A DNA stretch of 64,000 nt from Gemmatimonadaceae bacterium (GTDB lineage Bacteria; Gemmatimonadota; Gemmatimonadetes; Gemmatimonadales; Gemmatimonadaceae): positions 9,653 to 73,652 of the forward strand of contig DASSOG010000054.1 in assembly GCA_035700805.1 (NCBI GenBank). Reading direction: 5' to 3'. Numbering within the stretch: position 1 is the first letter of the stretch; every line of letters begins with the position of its first letter. The position numbers and the translations under genes were made by a program. Shown here piece by piece: positions 46,086-58,011 of this stretch. The notes beneath the pieces were generated by a model. It ran no database searches. It was not told the DNA's origin and worked only from the letters and a program-made list of their open reading frames with translations.

Positions 46086-46853
46086 ATGATCCGCCTCCTC
46101 AACGTCCACAAGTCCTTTGGCACGAAGACCGTGCTCAGCGGCTTCTCGCTGGACGTCCCCGAAGGCGAGACCATGGTCATCATCGGGTTCTCGGGCAGCG
46201 GCAAGTCCGTGGCCATCAAGCACATTGTCGGCCTCCTGGAACCAGACAAGGGCGAGGTCTGGGTGGATGGCCTGGAAGTCCCCAAGCTGAGCCGCAAGCA
46301 GCTCTACGCGTTGCGCGCGCGCGTGGGCTACGTCTTCCAGTTCGCCGCGCTCTTCGACTCCTTCACCGTGGCCGACAACGTGGCCATGGGGCTCCGCAAG
46401 CAGGGGGAGCTGACCGACGCGGAGATCGCGGATCGCGTCCATGAAGCCCTGTCCCTCGTGGACCTCGAGGACGTGCCCGAGAAGTTCCCGGCCGAACTCT
46501 CCGGCGGCATGCGCAAGCGCGTGGGCATCGCACGCGCCATCGCCACCCGTCCCAAGTACATCCTCTACGACGAGCCCACCACGGGCCTCGATCCGGTCAC
46601 CAGCGCGGTCATCGACCAGCTCATGGTGCGCCTGCGCGAGCGACTGGGTGTCACCGGCGTGGTGATCACGCACGACATGCGCAGCGCCTACACGGTGGGC
46701 ACGCGCATCGCCATGCTCTACGAAGGCCGAGTCCGCCAGTCCGGCACCGTGGACGAGATCCGGCAGACCCGCGACCCGGTGGTGCGCCAGTTCATCGAGG
46801 GACGCCCCACGCTCGAACCGGGCACCACCCTCCCCGCCGAGCTGGCGCCATGA
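46086..46853 (+). CDS. ABC transporter ATP-binding protein, MlaF/Ttg2A-like
   Basis: Walker A GFSGSGKS, signature LSGGMRKR, Walker B ILYDEP. The C-terminus DPVVRQFIEGRP is typical of MlaF. Confidence 0.82.
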   Translation: MIRLLNVHKSFGTKTVLSGFSLDVPEGETMVIIGFSGSGKSVAIKHIVGLLEPDKGEVWVDGLEVPKLSRKQLYALRARVGYVFQFAALFDSFTVADNVAMGLRKQGELTDAEIADRVHEALSLVDLEDVPEKFPAELSGGMRKRVGIARAIATRPKYILYDEPTTGLDPVTSAVIDQLMVRLRERLGVTGVVITHDMRSAYTVGTRIAMLYEGRVRQSGTVDEIRQTRDPVVRQFIEGRPTLEPGTTLPAELAP

Positions 46854-47296
46854 CCCGCCAGCGTCCTCGGCTCGAGACGTCCGCGGGCGGCGTGGTCTTT
46901 CGCCTGCAGGGCGGGCAGCCGCTCTACCTGCTCATCCGCGACAGCTATCGCAACTGGGGCTTTCCCAAGGGGCACCTGGAAGACGGGGAGAAGCCCAGGG
47001 ACGCCGCGGTGCGCGAAGTGGCCGAGGAGACGGGCCTGGACCTGGTGGAGGTGCGTGGCGACATCGACGTGATCGATTGGTACTTCAGCTTTCGCGGCCG
47101 CCCCATCCACAAGATCTGTCACTTTTTCCTCATGGAGACGGCCGCCATCCGCACCTGCCCGCAGCGAGCCGAGGGTATCAGCGCATGCAAATGGGTGCCG
47201 TTTGAGGAAGCGGAGCGCCGCATCTCCTATGGCAACGCCCGCGAGGTGCTGCGTCGTGCGCACGACCAGGTCACGGCTCGGCTGGCCAGCGTCTAG
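46850..47296 (+). CDS. NUDIX hydrolase
   Basis: Nudix box GFPKGHLEDGEKPRDAAVREVAEETGL. The ATG overlaps the upstream stop (ATGA). Confidence 0.85.
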   Translation: MTRQRPRLETSAGGVVFRLQGGQPLYLLIRDSYRNWGFPKGHLEDGEKPRDAAVREVAEETGLDLVEVRGDIDVIDWYFSFRGRPIHKICHFFLMETAAIRTCPQRAEGISACKWVPFEEAERRISYGNAREVLRRAHDQVTARLASV

Positions 47297-47299
47297 CCC

Positions 47300-48106
47300 A
47301 TGACGCGGCACGTGGCGCCGGCGGGGCCACCCCCCACCATCCTCCTCTACGCCGCTCGCGAACGCACCCGCGTGATGGCGCACGAGACGTTTCCGCGGCG
47401 ACGCTGGCGGTTGCTGGTGCGCAAGTCGGCGGCCGACTTTGCGCGCAGCTTCCACGAGGAGCTGATCGACGCGGCCGTGGTGGACCTCGGCGCCGCGCAC
47501 GAGGACAACTGGCAGGCCGCGGCGCTGGCGCGGGAGTATCCCAGCGTGCCGTTCTTTGCGCTCACGTCGCTCCGCGCCGCCGACGGCCCCATCCTGTCCC
47601 AGTGCGCCGCGCTGGAATTTGCCGACGTCCTCATGGAAGACGTGGACGACGAAGCCATGCGCGAACTGGTGCTCCGCCAGGCGTACTCCACCCGATTTGC
47701 GCGCGCCCTGGAGATGCCGCCCGCGCCCCTGGCGCTTTCCGAGGGGCTCCAGACCGATGCCTGGCAGTATGTGGTGAAGTTTTCCGGGCGCCCCGTGCGG
47801 ACGGCGGCGCTGGCCGACTCGCTGGGCGTCACGCGCGAACACCTGAGCCGCACCTTTGCGGCGCGTGGCGCGCCCAACCTCAAGCGCATCATTGACCTCG
47901 TGCGGCTGATCGGCGCGGCCGAACTGGCCAAGAACCCCGGCTACGACGTGCGCGACGTGGCCGCCGTGCTGGGCTTCGCGTCGTCCTCGCACCTGTCCAG
48001 CACCGCCCTGCGCATCGCGGGAACTCGACCGGCGTCGCTTGCCCGGCTGCGCGCCGTGGACCTGGTGGACCGGTTCAGGCGCGGGCACTCGCGGAGCCGC
48101 GGGTGA
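47300..48106 (+). CDS. AraC-family HTH transcriptional regulator with receiver-like (probably non-phosphorylatable) N-domain
   Basis: Two C-terminal HTH units (LADSLGVTREHLSRTFA; VAAVLGFASSSHLSSTALR). The N-terminal alpha/beta region lacks the acidic pocket pair. Confidence 0.68.
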   Translation: MTRHVAPAGPPPTILLYAARERTRVMAHETFPRRRWRLLVRKSAADFARSFHEELIDAAVVDLGAAHEDNWQAAALAREYPSVPFFALTSLRAADGPILSQCAALEFADVLMEDVDDEAMRELVLRQAYSTRFARALEMPPAPLALSEGLQTDAWQYVVKFSGRPVRTAALADSLGVTREHLSRTFAARGAPNLKRIIDLVRLIGAAELAKNPGYDVRDVAAVLGFASSSHLSSTALRIAGTRPASLARLRAVDLVDRFRRGHSRSRG

Positions 48107-48482
48107 CCCGGCCGGGGTCGGCCACCTGCCGATCCAGGTACACGAGGTAGCCGCCGAGCAGCCGGGCCACCACCTGCACCCGGTGGGCGAGTTCCGCGTG
48201 GTGGGCCGGCGCGAGCAGGTCCGCCTGGAGGGCCACGGCCATCTGCGTCTCCAGGCGCAGCAAGTCGCGCCGCGCGGCCCGGTAGAGCTGCCGCTGTTCC
48301 GGCACCGTGTAGCGCCCGAAACCTTCGGCAATGTGGTTGGCCAGCAGCAGGGCCGTGCCCATGATCGACTCGGCCACGACCTTGATTTCGCGCCGGTTGG
48401 TGTGCCGGACGGCCCGGATCACGTCGGCGGCGAGCCCGACGGCCTCCTGCCAGACCTTGAGGTCCTTGAGGGTTCCTGCCAT
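48075..48482 (-). CDS. Four-helix-bundle protein (23S rRNA intervening-sequence protein family)
   Basis: MAGTLKDLKVWQEAVGLAADV...LLANHIAEGFGR...QLYRAARRDLLRLETQ fits the family pattern. It is internal to a 246-aa ORF. Confidence 0.78.
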   Translation of the reverse strand: MAGTLKDLKVWQEAVGLAADVIRAVRHTNRREIKVVAESIMGTALLLANHIAEGFGRYTVPEQRQLYRAARRDLLRLETQMAVALQADLLAPAHHAELAHRVQVVARLLGGYLVYLDRQVADPGRVTRGSASARA

Positions 48483-48583
48483 GGGTGCTAAAGTCGTGGC
48501 CATCCCCCTGCGGACCGGCATCCAAACCCTGCCGGGACAAGCGAACGTCGCCGTGCTGGAAGTGCTGGAGCGGGGTGGGGGAG

Positions 48584-48622
48584 TTGCTTGCACGGCCCCG
48601 GGCCTTGTGATAATTTTCACAA
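48584..48622 (+). promoter_or_regulatory. Candidate atpA promoter (TTGCTT-N18/19-GATAAT) overlapped by a perfect TGTGA-N6-TCACA (CRP/FNR-type) palindrome
   Basis: TTGCTT at 48584-48589; TGTGATAAT at 48606-48614; palindrome TTGTGA-TAATTT-TCACAA at 48605-48622. The site ends 44 nt before the atpA ATG. Confidence 0.4.
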
Positions 48623-48665
48623 GCTTACGACTCCCCATCACTGACGCACTTTTCGCGCACATCAC

Positions 48666-50267
<1,602 letters not shown>

Positions 50268-50270
50268 TCC

Positions 50271-51134
50271 ATGGCCAAGGGTCGCGAGCTCAAGCATCGC
50301 ATCAAGTCGGTCGAGAACACCCGCAAGATCACGCGGACGCTGGAGATGGTGGCCACGTCCAAGATGAAGCGGGCGCAGGATCGCGTGCACGCCGCGCGGC
50401 CCTACGCCACCGCGCTGGCGGGCGTGCTGGCCGACCTGTACTCGCCCGACCTGGCGGGCAGCTTCCCGCTGCTGCGCCAGCCGGCGCAGGTGAAGCGCGC
50501 GGCCGTGCTGCTCGTGACGTCCAACCGCGGGCTGGCCGGCGCGTTCAACTCCAACCTCATCAAGGAATCGCGCGCGCTCATCGCCCGGCTGGAAGCGGAG
50601 GGCGTGGACGTGGAGCTGCACGCCGTGGGCAAGAAGGGCGTGGGGTACTACAAGTACGTGGGGCGCGCGCTGGCCTCCACGCGCACTGACATCGGCGACA
50701 AGCCGACGCCGCAGAACGCCGCCGACCTGGTGGACGGCATCCGCGCCGACTTCGCGGATGGACGCCTGGACGCCATCTACCTGGTATATACCAAGTTCAA
50801 TTCCGTGATGTCCACGCCGGCCGTGAGCGAGCTCATGCTCCCGGTCACGCCCCCGGTGCGCGAGAAGGGGCAGTTGGACTACCTGCTCTTTCCATCGGCC
50901 GATGCCATCCTGGGATCGCTGCTGCCGGCGTACGTGCGCAACGCGGTGTTCCGCGCGCTGGTGGAGAGCGAGGCCGCGTTCCAGTCGGCGCAGCGCACCG
51001 CCATGAAGAATGCCACGGACAACGCGTCCGATATGCTCAACGTGCTCACCCGCACCTACAACCGCGCCCGTCAGGCGCAGATCACGCAGGAGATCGCCGA
51101 GATTGTCGGCGGCGCTGCGGCACTCCAGGGCTAG
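50271..51134 (+). CDS. atpG: F0F1 ATP synthase subunit gamma
   Basis: Typical termini (IKSVENTRKITRTLEMVATSKM...; ...ITQEIAEIVGGAAAL). Confidence 0.95.
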   Translation: MAKGRELKHRIKSVENTRKITRTLEMVATSKMKRAQDRVHAARPYATALAGVLADLYSPDLAGSFPLLRQPAQVKRAAVLLVTSNRGLAGAFNSNLIKESRALIARLEAEGVDVELHAVGKKGVGYYKYVGRALASTRTDIGDKPTPQNAADLVDGIRADFADGRLDAIYLVYTKFNSVMSTPAVSELMLPVTPPVREKGQLDYLLFPSADAILGSLLPAYVRNAVFRALVESEAAFQSAQRTAMKNATDNASDMLNVLTRTYNRARQAQITQEIAEIVGGAAALQG

Positions 51135-52571
<1,437 letters not shown>

Positions 52572-52579
52572 GCGGCGAC

Positions 52580-52831
52580 GTGCTGAACATCTCCGTCATC
52601 TCTCCCGAGAAGGTGCTGTACGAGGGCACCGCCGACACCGTCGTCGCGCCCGCGTTCGATGGCCAGGTGGGGATCCTCACCGGCCACGCGCCCATGATGA
52701 CGCTGCTGGGCAAGGGGGAGTTGCGCGTCGGCCTGGGCGACGACGCCAGGCGCTTTGACGTGGAGGGCGGGTTCCTGCAGGTGGTGGAGAACCGCGTCCG
52801 CGTGGTCACGGAGCGCGCGACCGCGCGATAG
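52580..52831 (+). CDS. atpC: F0F1 ATP synthase subunit epsilon, short form (83 aa, beta-sandwich domain only)
   Basis: The N-terminal domain pattern is present (VISPEKVLYEG...GQVGILTGHAPMMTLL...GGFLQV). GTG start. TAG comes directly after the beta-sandwich. Confidence 0.85.
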   Translation: MLNISVISPEKVLYEGTADTVVAPAFDGQVGILTGHAPMMTLLGKGELRVGLGDDARRFDVEGGFLQVVENRVRVVTERATAR

Positions 52832-52870
52832 CGCCTGGGCTGACCAGCTGGCCTGCGCCGTCCGGGACCA

Positions 52871-53389
52871 CTACTCCGCTTTCAGGTTCGCACATCCCAC
52901 CACGTCAGCCAGCTCGTCGCCGCCGTGGGCGTAGAGGTTCAGGTGGTAGGTGCTCGCCGGCCGGAGTGCGGCGCGGAAGTCGGACGTGAGATGCGCCCGC
53001 CCGTCACTCGGCACCGCGATGGGTGGCAGGGTACGCACGGGCACCAGCGGGATCGCGCCGCTCCCGCAGCTACCCTCCACGATGCTCCAGCGCAGCTCCT
53101 GGCTTCCATCCTGCGTGGTAAAGTCCGTTTCCACCGTGAAGTAGTCCGCGGTTCCCGGCTGGCGGGTGACACTCACGCTGCCCGTGATACGGATGGATCC
53201 GGCGTACATCCCGCTGCCCGAGGTCGTCCGCTTGACGGGAGTGTAGTTGCCCTTGAACTGCAGCACCTGCGGGGCGGGGTGCAGTTTGGAGACCGGGGTC
53301 AGGCCCTCCAGGCCATCGGTTCGCTTGACGCCACACGCGCTGACCACGAGCGCCGCTGCCACGATCCGCCCAACGTTGCGCATCTCCAC
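52871..53389 (-). CDS. Hypothetical lipoprotein
   Basis: Lipobox (AALVVSAC) and a beta-rich sequence. No recognisable family. Confidence 0.6.
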   Translation of the reverse strand: MEMRNVGRIVAAALVVSACGVKRTDGLEGLTPVSKLHPAPQVLQFKGNYTPVKRTTSGSGMYAGSIRITGSVSVTRQPGTADYFTVETDFTTQDGSQELRWSIVEGSCGSGAIPLVPVRTLPPIAVPSDGRAHLTSDFRAALRPASTYHLNLYAHGGDELADVVGCANLKAE

Positions 53390-53510
53390 AAATGCCTCCA
53401 GGGGTCACCAGCGCCTTGGCGTCACGATTCCCGATGCCGGCGGTCTTGTGTGGGCCACGTCCTGCCGCTCACAAGATGGCCAAATCGACTGGCGGGCGAA
53501 AGCCGGCCGT

Positions 53511-54794
53511 TCAAGATCCGAACAAACGCTCCACCAGGGCCGTGGAGCGATCGGCGGCGCCCAGTCCGCCCTCAATAACGTGCCGCGCGGCCGCGCCCGC
53601 CGTGCGTCGCGCGCCAGGATCCCGAAGCCAGCGCGCGCACGCCGCCACCAGCTCGGCGGTGCCGCTCACGCCCGCCGCCCCGCCGGCGGCGAGCAGCAGC
53701 CGCGCGTCCCGCGACCCCGCGTGGCGCGGCCCGAACACCACCGGCGCGCCAAACGCCGCCGGCTCCAGCACGGAGTGCAGGCCCGCGGCGTGGAACCCGC
53801 CTCCCACGTACGCCACGTCCGCCAGCGCGTAGAGATCGCCCAGCACGCCGACACGGTCCACCAGCACCACGTCCGCGGTGGCGGCGCCGGGCGCATCGAG
53901 CCGCGCAAGCGACAGGCCCTGTTCCCGCGCCCATTTCTCAATTGGCGCCAGATGCGGCGCGGTGGGCTCGTGCGGGGCAATCACCAATCGGGTGCGGGCC
54001 TGGGTGTGGCATTGCGCGAAGGCGGGGAGCAGGTGGGCTTCGTCCGCGGGCCAGGTGGAACCGGCCACGAGTGTCGGCCGGTCGGCGCCGAGTGACGTGG
54101 CCCACTGTGCCTCACCGTCGGCGCGCCGCGCGCGCTCCCACACCTGGTCGAAGCGCGTGTCACCCGTCACCTGGATGACCTCCGGTCGCACGCCGAGGCC
54201 GATCAGGCGGTCGGCATCCTCCTGGTCAATGGCGCCCACCAGATCCATGTGCGCATATGCGTCGCGCAGCAGCGCGGCGCTCAGGCCACGGGCGCGTGAG
54301 GAATCCCGTGCCAGCGTGGCGCTGACCAGCCCCAGCTTCACGCCGCGTCGCGCCGCCTCGCGCACCAGCACCGGCCAGACATCCAGCTTGCTGAATACCA
54401 GCGCCTGGGGCGCCAGCGCGTCCAGCGCCACCCGGGCATCGCGCGATGTGTCAAACGGCAGGCAGTCGCGAAAGTCCACGTCCAGCCCCGCGGCAAACCG
54501 TTCCGCGCTTGGCGAGAACCACGTATAAGCGAGCTGGAATGTCGGATGCCGCGCGCGCATGCGCTGCAGCACGGGGCGCGCCTGCAACCCCTCGCCCACG
54601 GAGGGCGCGTGCATCCACAGCAGCGGGCGGGCGGAATCCCGCCCCGACGCGCCCCATGCGGCGTACCGCCGCCTGACGCCGCGCCGCGCGGAAAACGTGC
54701 GCGCGAGCTTCGATGGGCCGGCCGGCGCCAGGCTGGCCGCGGCGCGCGCCAGTTGTGCCGCCGCGGCGTAGAACGGGCGAAGCGCGACGTTCAT
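53511..54794 (-). CDS. waaA: 3-deoxy-D-manno-octulosonic acid transferase
   Basis: LLWMHAPSVGEGLQARPVL, then YTWFSP, then the C-terminal GT-B half (VGGGFHAAGLHSVLEPAAFGAPVVFGP). Confidence 0.85.
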   Translation of the reverse strand: MNVALRPFYAAAAQLARAAASLAPAGPSKLARTFSARRGVRRRYAAWGASGRDSARPLLWMHAPSVGEGLQARPVLQRMRARHPTFQLAYTWFSPSAERFAAGLDVDFRDCLPFDTSRDARVALDALAPQALVFSKLDVWPVLVREAARRGVKLGLVSATLARDSSRARGLSAALLRDAYAHMDLVGAIDQEDADRLIGLGVRPEVIQVTGDTRFDQVWERARRADGEAQWATSLGADRPTLVAGSTWPADEAHLLPAFAQCHTQARTRLVIAPHEPTAPHLAPIEKWAREQGLSLARLDAPGAATADVVLVDRVGVLGDLYALADVAYVGGGFHAAGLHSVLEPAAFGAPVVFGPRHAGSRDARLLLAAGGAAGVSGTAELVAACARWLRDPGARRTAGAAARHVIEGGLGAADRSTALVERLFGS

Positions 54795-54816
54795 CCGGGG
54801 CGCGGACGGTCTGTCG

Positions 54817-55491
54817 TCAGGGCGCGCCGGACTTGGCCAGCGCCGCGTTCAGGAGCTTTCGGAGGGTGTCCAGCGGCTGCACGCCTTCCAGTTTCTGGTT
54901 CGCCACGAAGAACGTGGGCGTGGCGCTCACCCCGCTGTTGCGCAAGCGCAACTGGTCGGCCTGAATGAGGGGCAGCGTGGCATGGACCGTCACGCAATGC
55001 CGCCATTCCTGGGGCTGCACGCCCGCATTCACGGCCAGCGAATCAAAGTACGCGGCCGGGTCCTTCTGCGCCTCCCACTTTGCCTGCGTCCGGAACAGCG
55101 ACTCGTGCATCTGCCAGAACCGGCCCTGGGCCGAAGCGCACATCGCGGCCTCGGCGGCCTGGAGCGCGTGTGGGTGGATGCTGTTGAGCGGAAAATTCAG
55201 GAAGGCATAGCGCACCTTGCCCGTCTTCACGTATTCGCGGATCAGCGCATCGTACGCGGCATCGTGCCACTGCTTGCAGAAGGGGCACTGGAAGTCGCTG
55301 GCTTCCACCAGCCACACGGTGGCGGATGGCGAGCCCTGGGTGCGGCCGGCGTCTGCCCTGGCCAGCAGCGACGTATCGGACTGTACGGGCGCCGGGCGCG
55401 GCGCGGGGTGGGCTGTGGCGGGAACTGCCGCGACGCACACGGCGGCGAGCGCCACGGCGCTGAGGGGTCGGAGCATCCGGATTGCTGTCAT
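54817..55491 (-). CDS. DsbA-family thiol:disulfide oxidoreductase
   Basis: Signal peptide, CPFC active site and a thioredoxin fold (…VSATPTFFV…). Start set at MTAIRML (ATG 55491). Confidence 0.8.
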   Translation of the reverse strand: MTAIRMLRPLSAVALAAVCVAAVPATAHPAPRPAPVQSDTSLLARADAGRTQGSPSATVWLVEASDFQCPFCKQWHDAAYDALIREYVKTGKVRYAFLNFPLNSIHPHALQAAEAAMCASAQGRFWQMHESLFRTQAKWEAQKDPAAYFDSLAVNAGVQPQEWRHCVTVHATLPLIQADQLRLRNSGVSATPTFFVANQKLEGVQPLDTLRKLLNAALAKSGAP

Positions 55492-55617
55492 CGGGCCAAG
55501 GTGGGTGGAGGTACTCGGGCCGGCCATGGGAAACCAGCTACCCTCCGGCGCCGTACGAAGATAACGCTGACTGCCGTGCCGCGGAGGAACTCGCCGGGTG
55601 GGTAGCCACGACGCCCG

Positions 55618-56487
55618 GTGGTCGCTAGACTCGGTTTATCCGGCCTTCGTACCCGCAATCGAGCTTTCGTGTTCAATTTTTCGCTGTTCGCCGGTCTCGC
55701 CCTGCTCCTGCAAGGCGGCGCCTTGCAGATTCCAGCGCCCACCGGCCTGGTCAACGATTTCGCCCACGTGCTGTCGGCGCAGACGGTGCAGGTGCTGACG
55801 CAGTTGGCGCAGTCGGTGCGGACGGCCTCCCCGGGCGAGATGGCCATCGTGACGCTGCCCGACCTCAAGGGCCGCCCGGTCTCTGAAGTGAGCCTGGACA
55901 TCGGGCGCCAGTGGAAGGTGGGCAACGTGGGCCAGCCCGGCGATCCGACGCGGAACGCGGGCGTGGTGATCCTGATCGTGCCCAAGGAGACCAACTCCAG
56001 TGGCAAGGGGGAGTGTCGCGTGGAGGTGGGGCGCGGCGCCGAGGGCTACATCACGGATTCGGACGCGGGCGACATGTGCCGGGCGGCAGTGTCGCGGTAC
56101 TTCCGCCGAGGCGACTATTCGCGGGGGACGGCGCTGGTGGCGGCGTCGGTGGCGCAGGCCATGGCGCAGGAATACCACTTCTCGCTGGACTCGGCCATGC
56201 AGTCGCTGGGTGGGGCACCGGTGAACCTGGGTCGTGGCCGTCCGTCGGGCGGGATCCCGGCGTTCGTCTGGTTCATCCTCCTGATCGTGGTGTTGAGCAT
56301 GCTGGGCGGTGGCCGTCGGCGCGGGTGCTCGCCGCTGGTGTTCTTCCTCCCGTGGGGGATGGGCGGCGGCCGGCGCGGTGGCTGGGGTGGCGGCGGTGGT
56401 TTTGGCGGCGGGTTTGGCGGTGGCGGGTTCGGGGGGTTCGGCGGTGGTGGAGGGTTCAGCGGCGGCGGTGGCGGTTCTTCCTGGTGA
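55618..56487 (+). CDS. TPM-domain (YgcG-like) membrane protein with Gly-rich C-terminus
   Basis: The TPM core is LVNDFAHVLS...EMAIVTLPDL...GVVILIVPKE...VEVGRGAEGYITD, followed by a TM helix and a GGGFGG tail. The start could instead be the GTG at 55669. Confidence 0.78.
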   Translation: MVARLGLSGLRTRNRAFVFNFSLFAGLALLLQGGALQIPAPTGLVNDFAHVLSAQTVQVLTQLAQSVRTASPGEMAIVTLPDLKGRPVSEVSLDIGRQWKVGNVGQPGDPTRNAGVVILIVPKETNSSGKGECRVEVGRGAEGYITDSDAGDMCRAAVSRYFRRGDYSRGTALVAASVAQAMAQEYHFSLDSAMQSLGGAPVNLGRGRPSGGIPAFVWFILLIVVLSMLGGGRRRGCSPLVFFLPWGMGGGRRGGWGGGGGFGGGFGGGGFGGFGGGGGFSGGGGGSSW

Positions 56488-56491
56488 TCAC

Positions 56492-57211
56492 ATGGCAAAG
56501 ATGACGCTCGACGACATGGTGGCCCAGCTTCGCGCGGTGTTCGGCGCGGAGCTGCGGACCGTGGTGCTCTACGGCTCGGCCGCGGCGGGGGAGCACATCC
56601 CCAGGCACTCGGACCTGAACGTGCTCGTGGTGACCGGGGCCTTGGACACGGCGCACCTGCGCGCCCTCTCGGCGACCATGCGTGCGTGGGCCGACGCCGG
56701 CAATCCGCCGCCGATGATGTTTACGGATCGCGAATGGCGCCAGTCGGTGGACGTATTCCCAATGGAGTATGCCGACATGATCGACCGGCACCGGCTGCTC
56801 CATGGCGACTCGCCGTTTGAAGGGCTGCAGGTAGCGCGTGCCAACCTGCGGCTGCAACTGGAGCATGAGGCGCGGGGCAAGCTGCTGGCGCTCCGGCAGG
56901 GTCTCATGGCCGCGGCCGGGGATCGCAAGGCCGAGCTGCGCTTGCTGGGGTCCACGCTCAGCACCTTGATGGTGCTGCTGCGGGCCGTGGAGCGCTTGCG
57001 GGGGGTGGCGCCGGCGCAGGACAACGTGTTGCTCAGCCGGTCGGTGGCGGCCGCCGCGGGTGCCGATCCGGCGGCGCTGGAGCGCGTGGTGCGCCACGTG
57101 CGCGGGGAGTCGCCCATTGCGGCGAACGACGCGCCCGCGGTGCTGGATGGGTACCTGGCGTCGCTTGAGGCAGTAGTGCGGTACCTGGACAGCTTCGGCG
57201 AGCAGGCGTAG
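56492..57211 (+). CDS. Nucleotidyltransferase-fold (Pol beta superfamily) protein with helical C-domain
   Basis: NTase motif is YGSAAAGEHIPRHSDLNVLVV. The second acidic position reads N rather than D/E. Confidence 0.72.
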   Translation: MAKMTLDDMVAQLRAVFGAELRTVVLYGSAAAGEHIPRHSDLNVLVVTGALDTAHLRALSATMRAWADAGNPPPMMFTDREWRQSVDVFPMEYADMIDRHRLLHGDSPFEGLQVARANLRLQLEHEARGKLLALRQGLMAAAGDRKAELRLLGSTLSTLMVLLRAVERLRGVAPAQDNVLLSRSVAAAAGADPAALERVVRHVRGESPIAANDAPAVLDGYLASLEAVVRYLDSFGEQA

Positions 57212-57333
57212 CCCCGCGTGCCGGAACCCGCGTGGGTTCGGCGGGTTGTACCGGGCTGGCCAGGCGGTGGTGGTGTGGTGCGCTGCAGGATGGCGCAGGA
57301 TTCCGACGGTTCACCATTTGAGGAGATGAGGGA

Positions 57334-57915
57334 ATGTCCATGAAACGCCGCTGGCTGGTACTCCCGCTCGCCGTCCTGGCGACTGGCTGCGGGTACAATC
57401 GCATCCAGACACTTGACGAAACGGCCTCGTCCGCGCAGAGCCAGATCGAGGTACAGCTCCAGCGCCGGGCGGACCTGATCCCGAACCTGGTGAGCACGGT
57501 CAAGGGCTATGCGCAGCACGAGGAGGCCGTGTTCGACAACGTGGCCCAGGCGCGGTCTCGCCTGCTCACGGCCGTGCAGAGCAAGGACCCCGAGCAGATG
57601 GCCAACGCCAACCAGCAGATGACCGGGGCGCTGGGCCGGCTGCTGGCCATCTCGGAGAGCTATCCGAACCTGAAGGCCGACAAGAGTTTCCTGAATCTGC
57701 AGGATGAGCTCGCCGGCACGGAAAACCGCATTGCGGTCGCGCGGTCGGACTACAACGACGCGGTGCGGGCGTACAACGCCTACATCCGCCGGTTCCCGGC
57801 TGTGCTCACCGCAAAGGTGACGGGGGCCACAGCGCGCAAGTACTACCAGGCCACCGAACAGGCGAATGTGGTCCCAAAGGTCGATTTTTCCAACCCCGCT
57901 GATACCGGACGGTAG
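57334..57915 (+). CDS. LemA family protein
   Basis: Lipoprotein-like N-terminus plus the canonical LemA pattern (QLQRRADLIPNLV...ESYPNLKAD...ELAGTENRIAVAR..YN..V..YN). Confidence 0.9.
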   Translation: MSMKRRWLVLPLAVLATGCGYNRIQTLDETASSAQSQIEVQLQRRADLIPNLVSTVKGYAQHEEAVFDNVAQARSRLLTAVQSKDPEQMANANQQMTGALGRLLAISESYPNLKADKSFLNLQDELAGTENRIAVARSDYNDAVRAYNAYIRRFPAVLTAKVTGATARKYYQATEQANVVPKVDFSNPADTGR

Positions 57916-58011
57916 TCTCGGTCGTCATGTGGGAAGCTGGGCTGTGTAACCTCGGGCATGTCCGGGGGTATGCAGGCAGGATCGCAGTCCAAACCTTGTA
58001 CAGGAGACCTA

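Noticed and set aside
56330-56487. Repetitive GGTGGCGG... DNA resembling a microsatellite
   Set aside because: It encodes the Gly-rich (GGGFGG) C-terminal tail typical of YgcG/TPM proteins. It is in frame and is not an independent repeat element.
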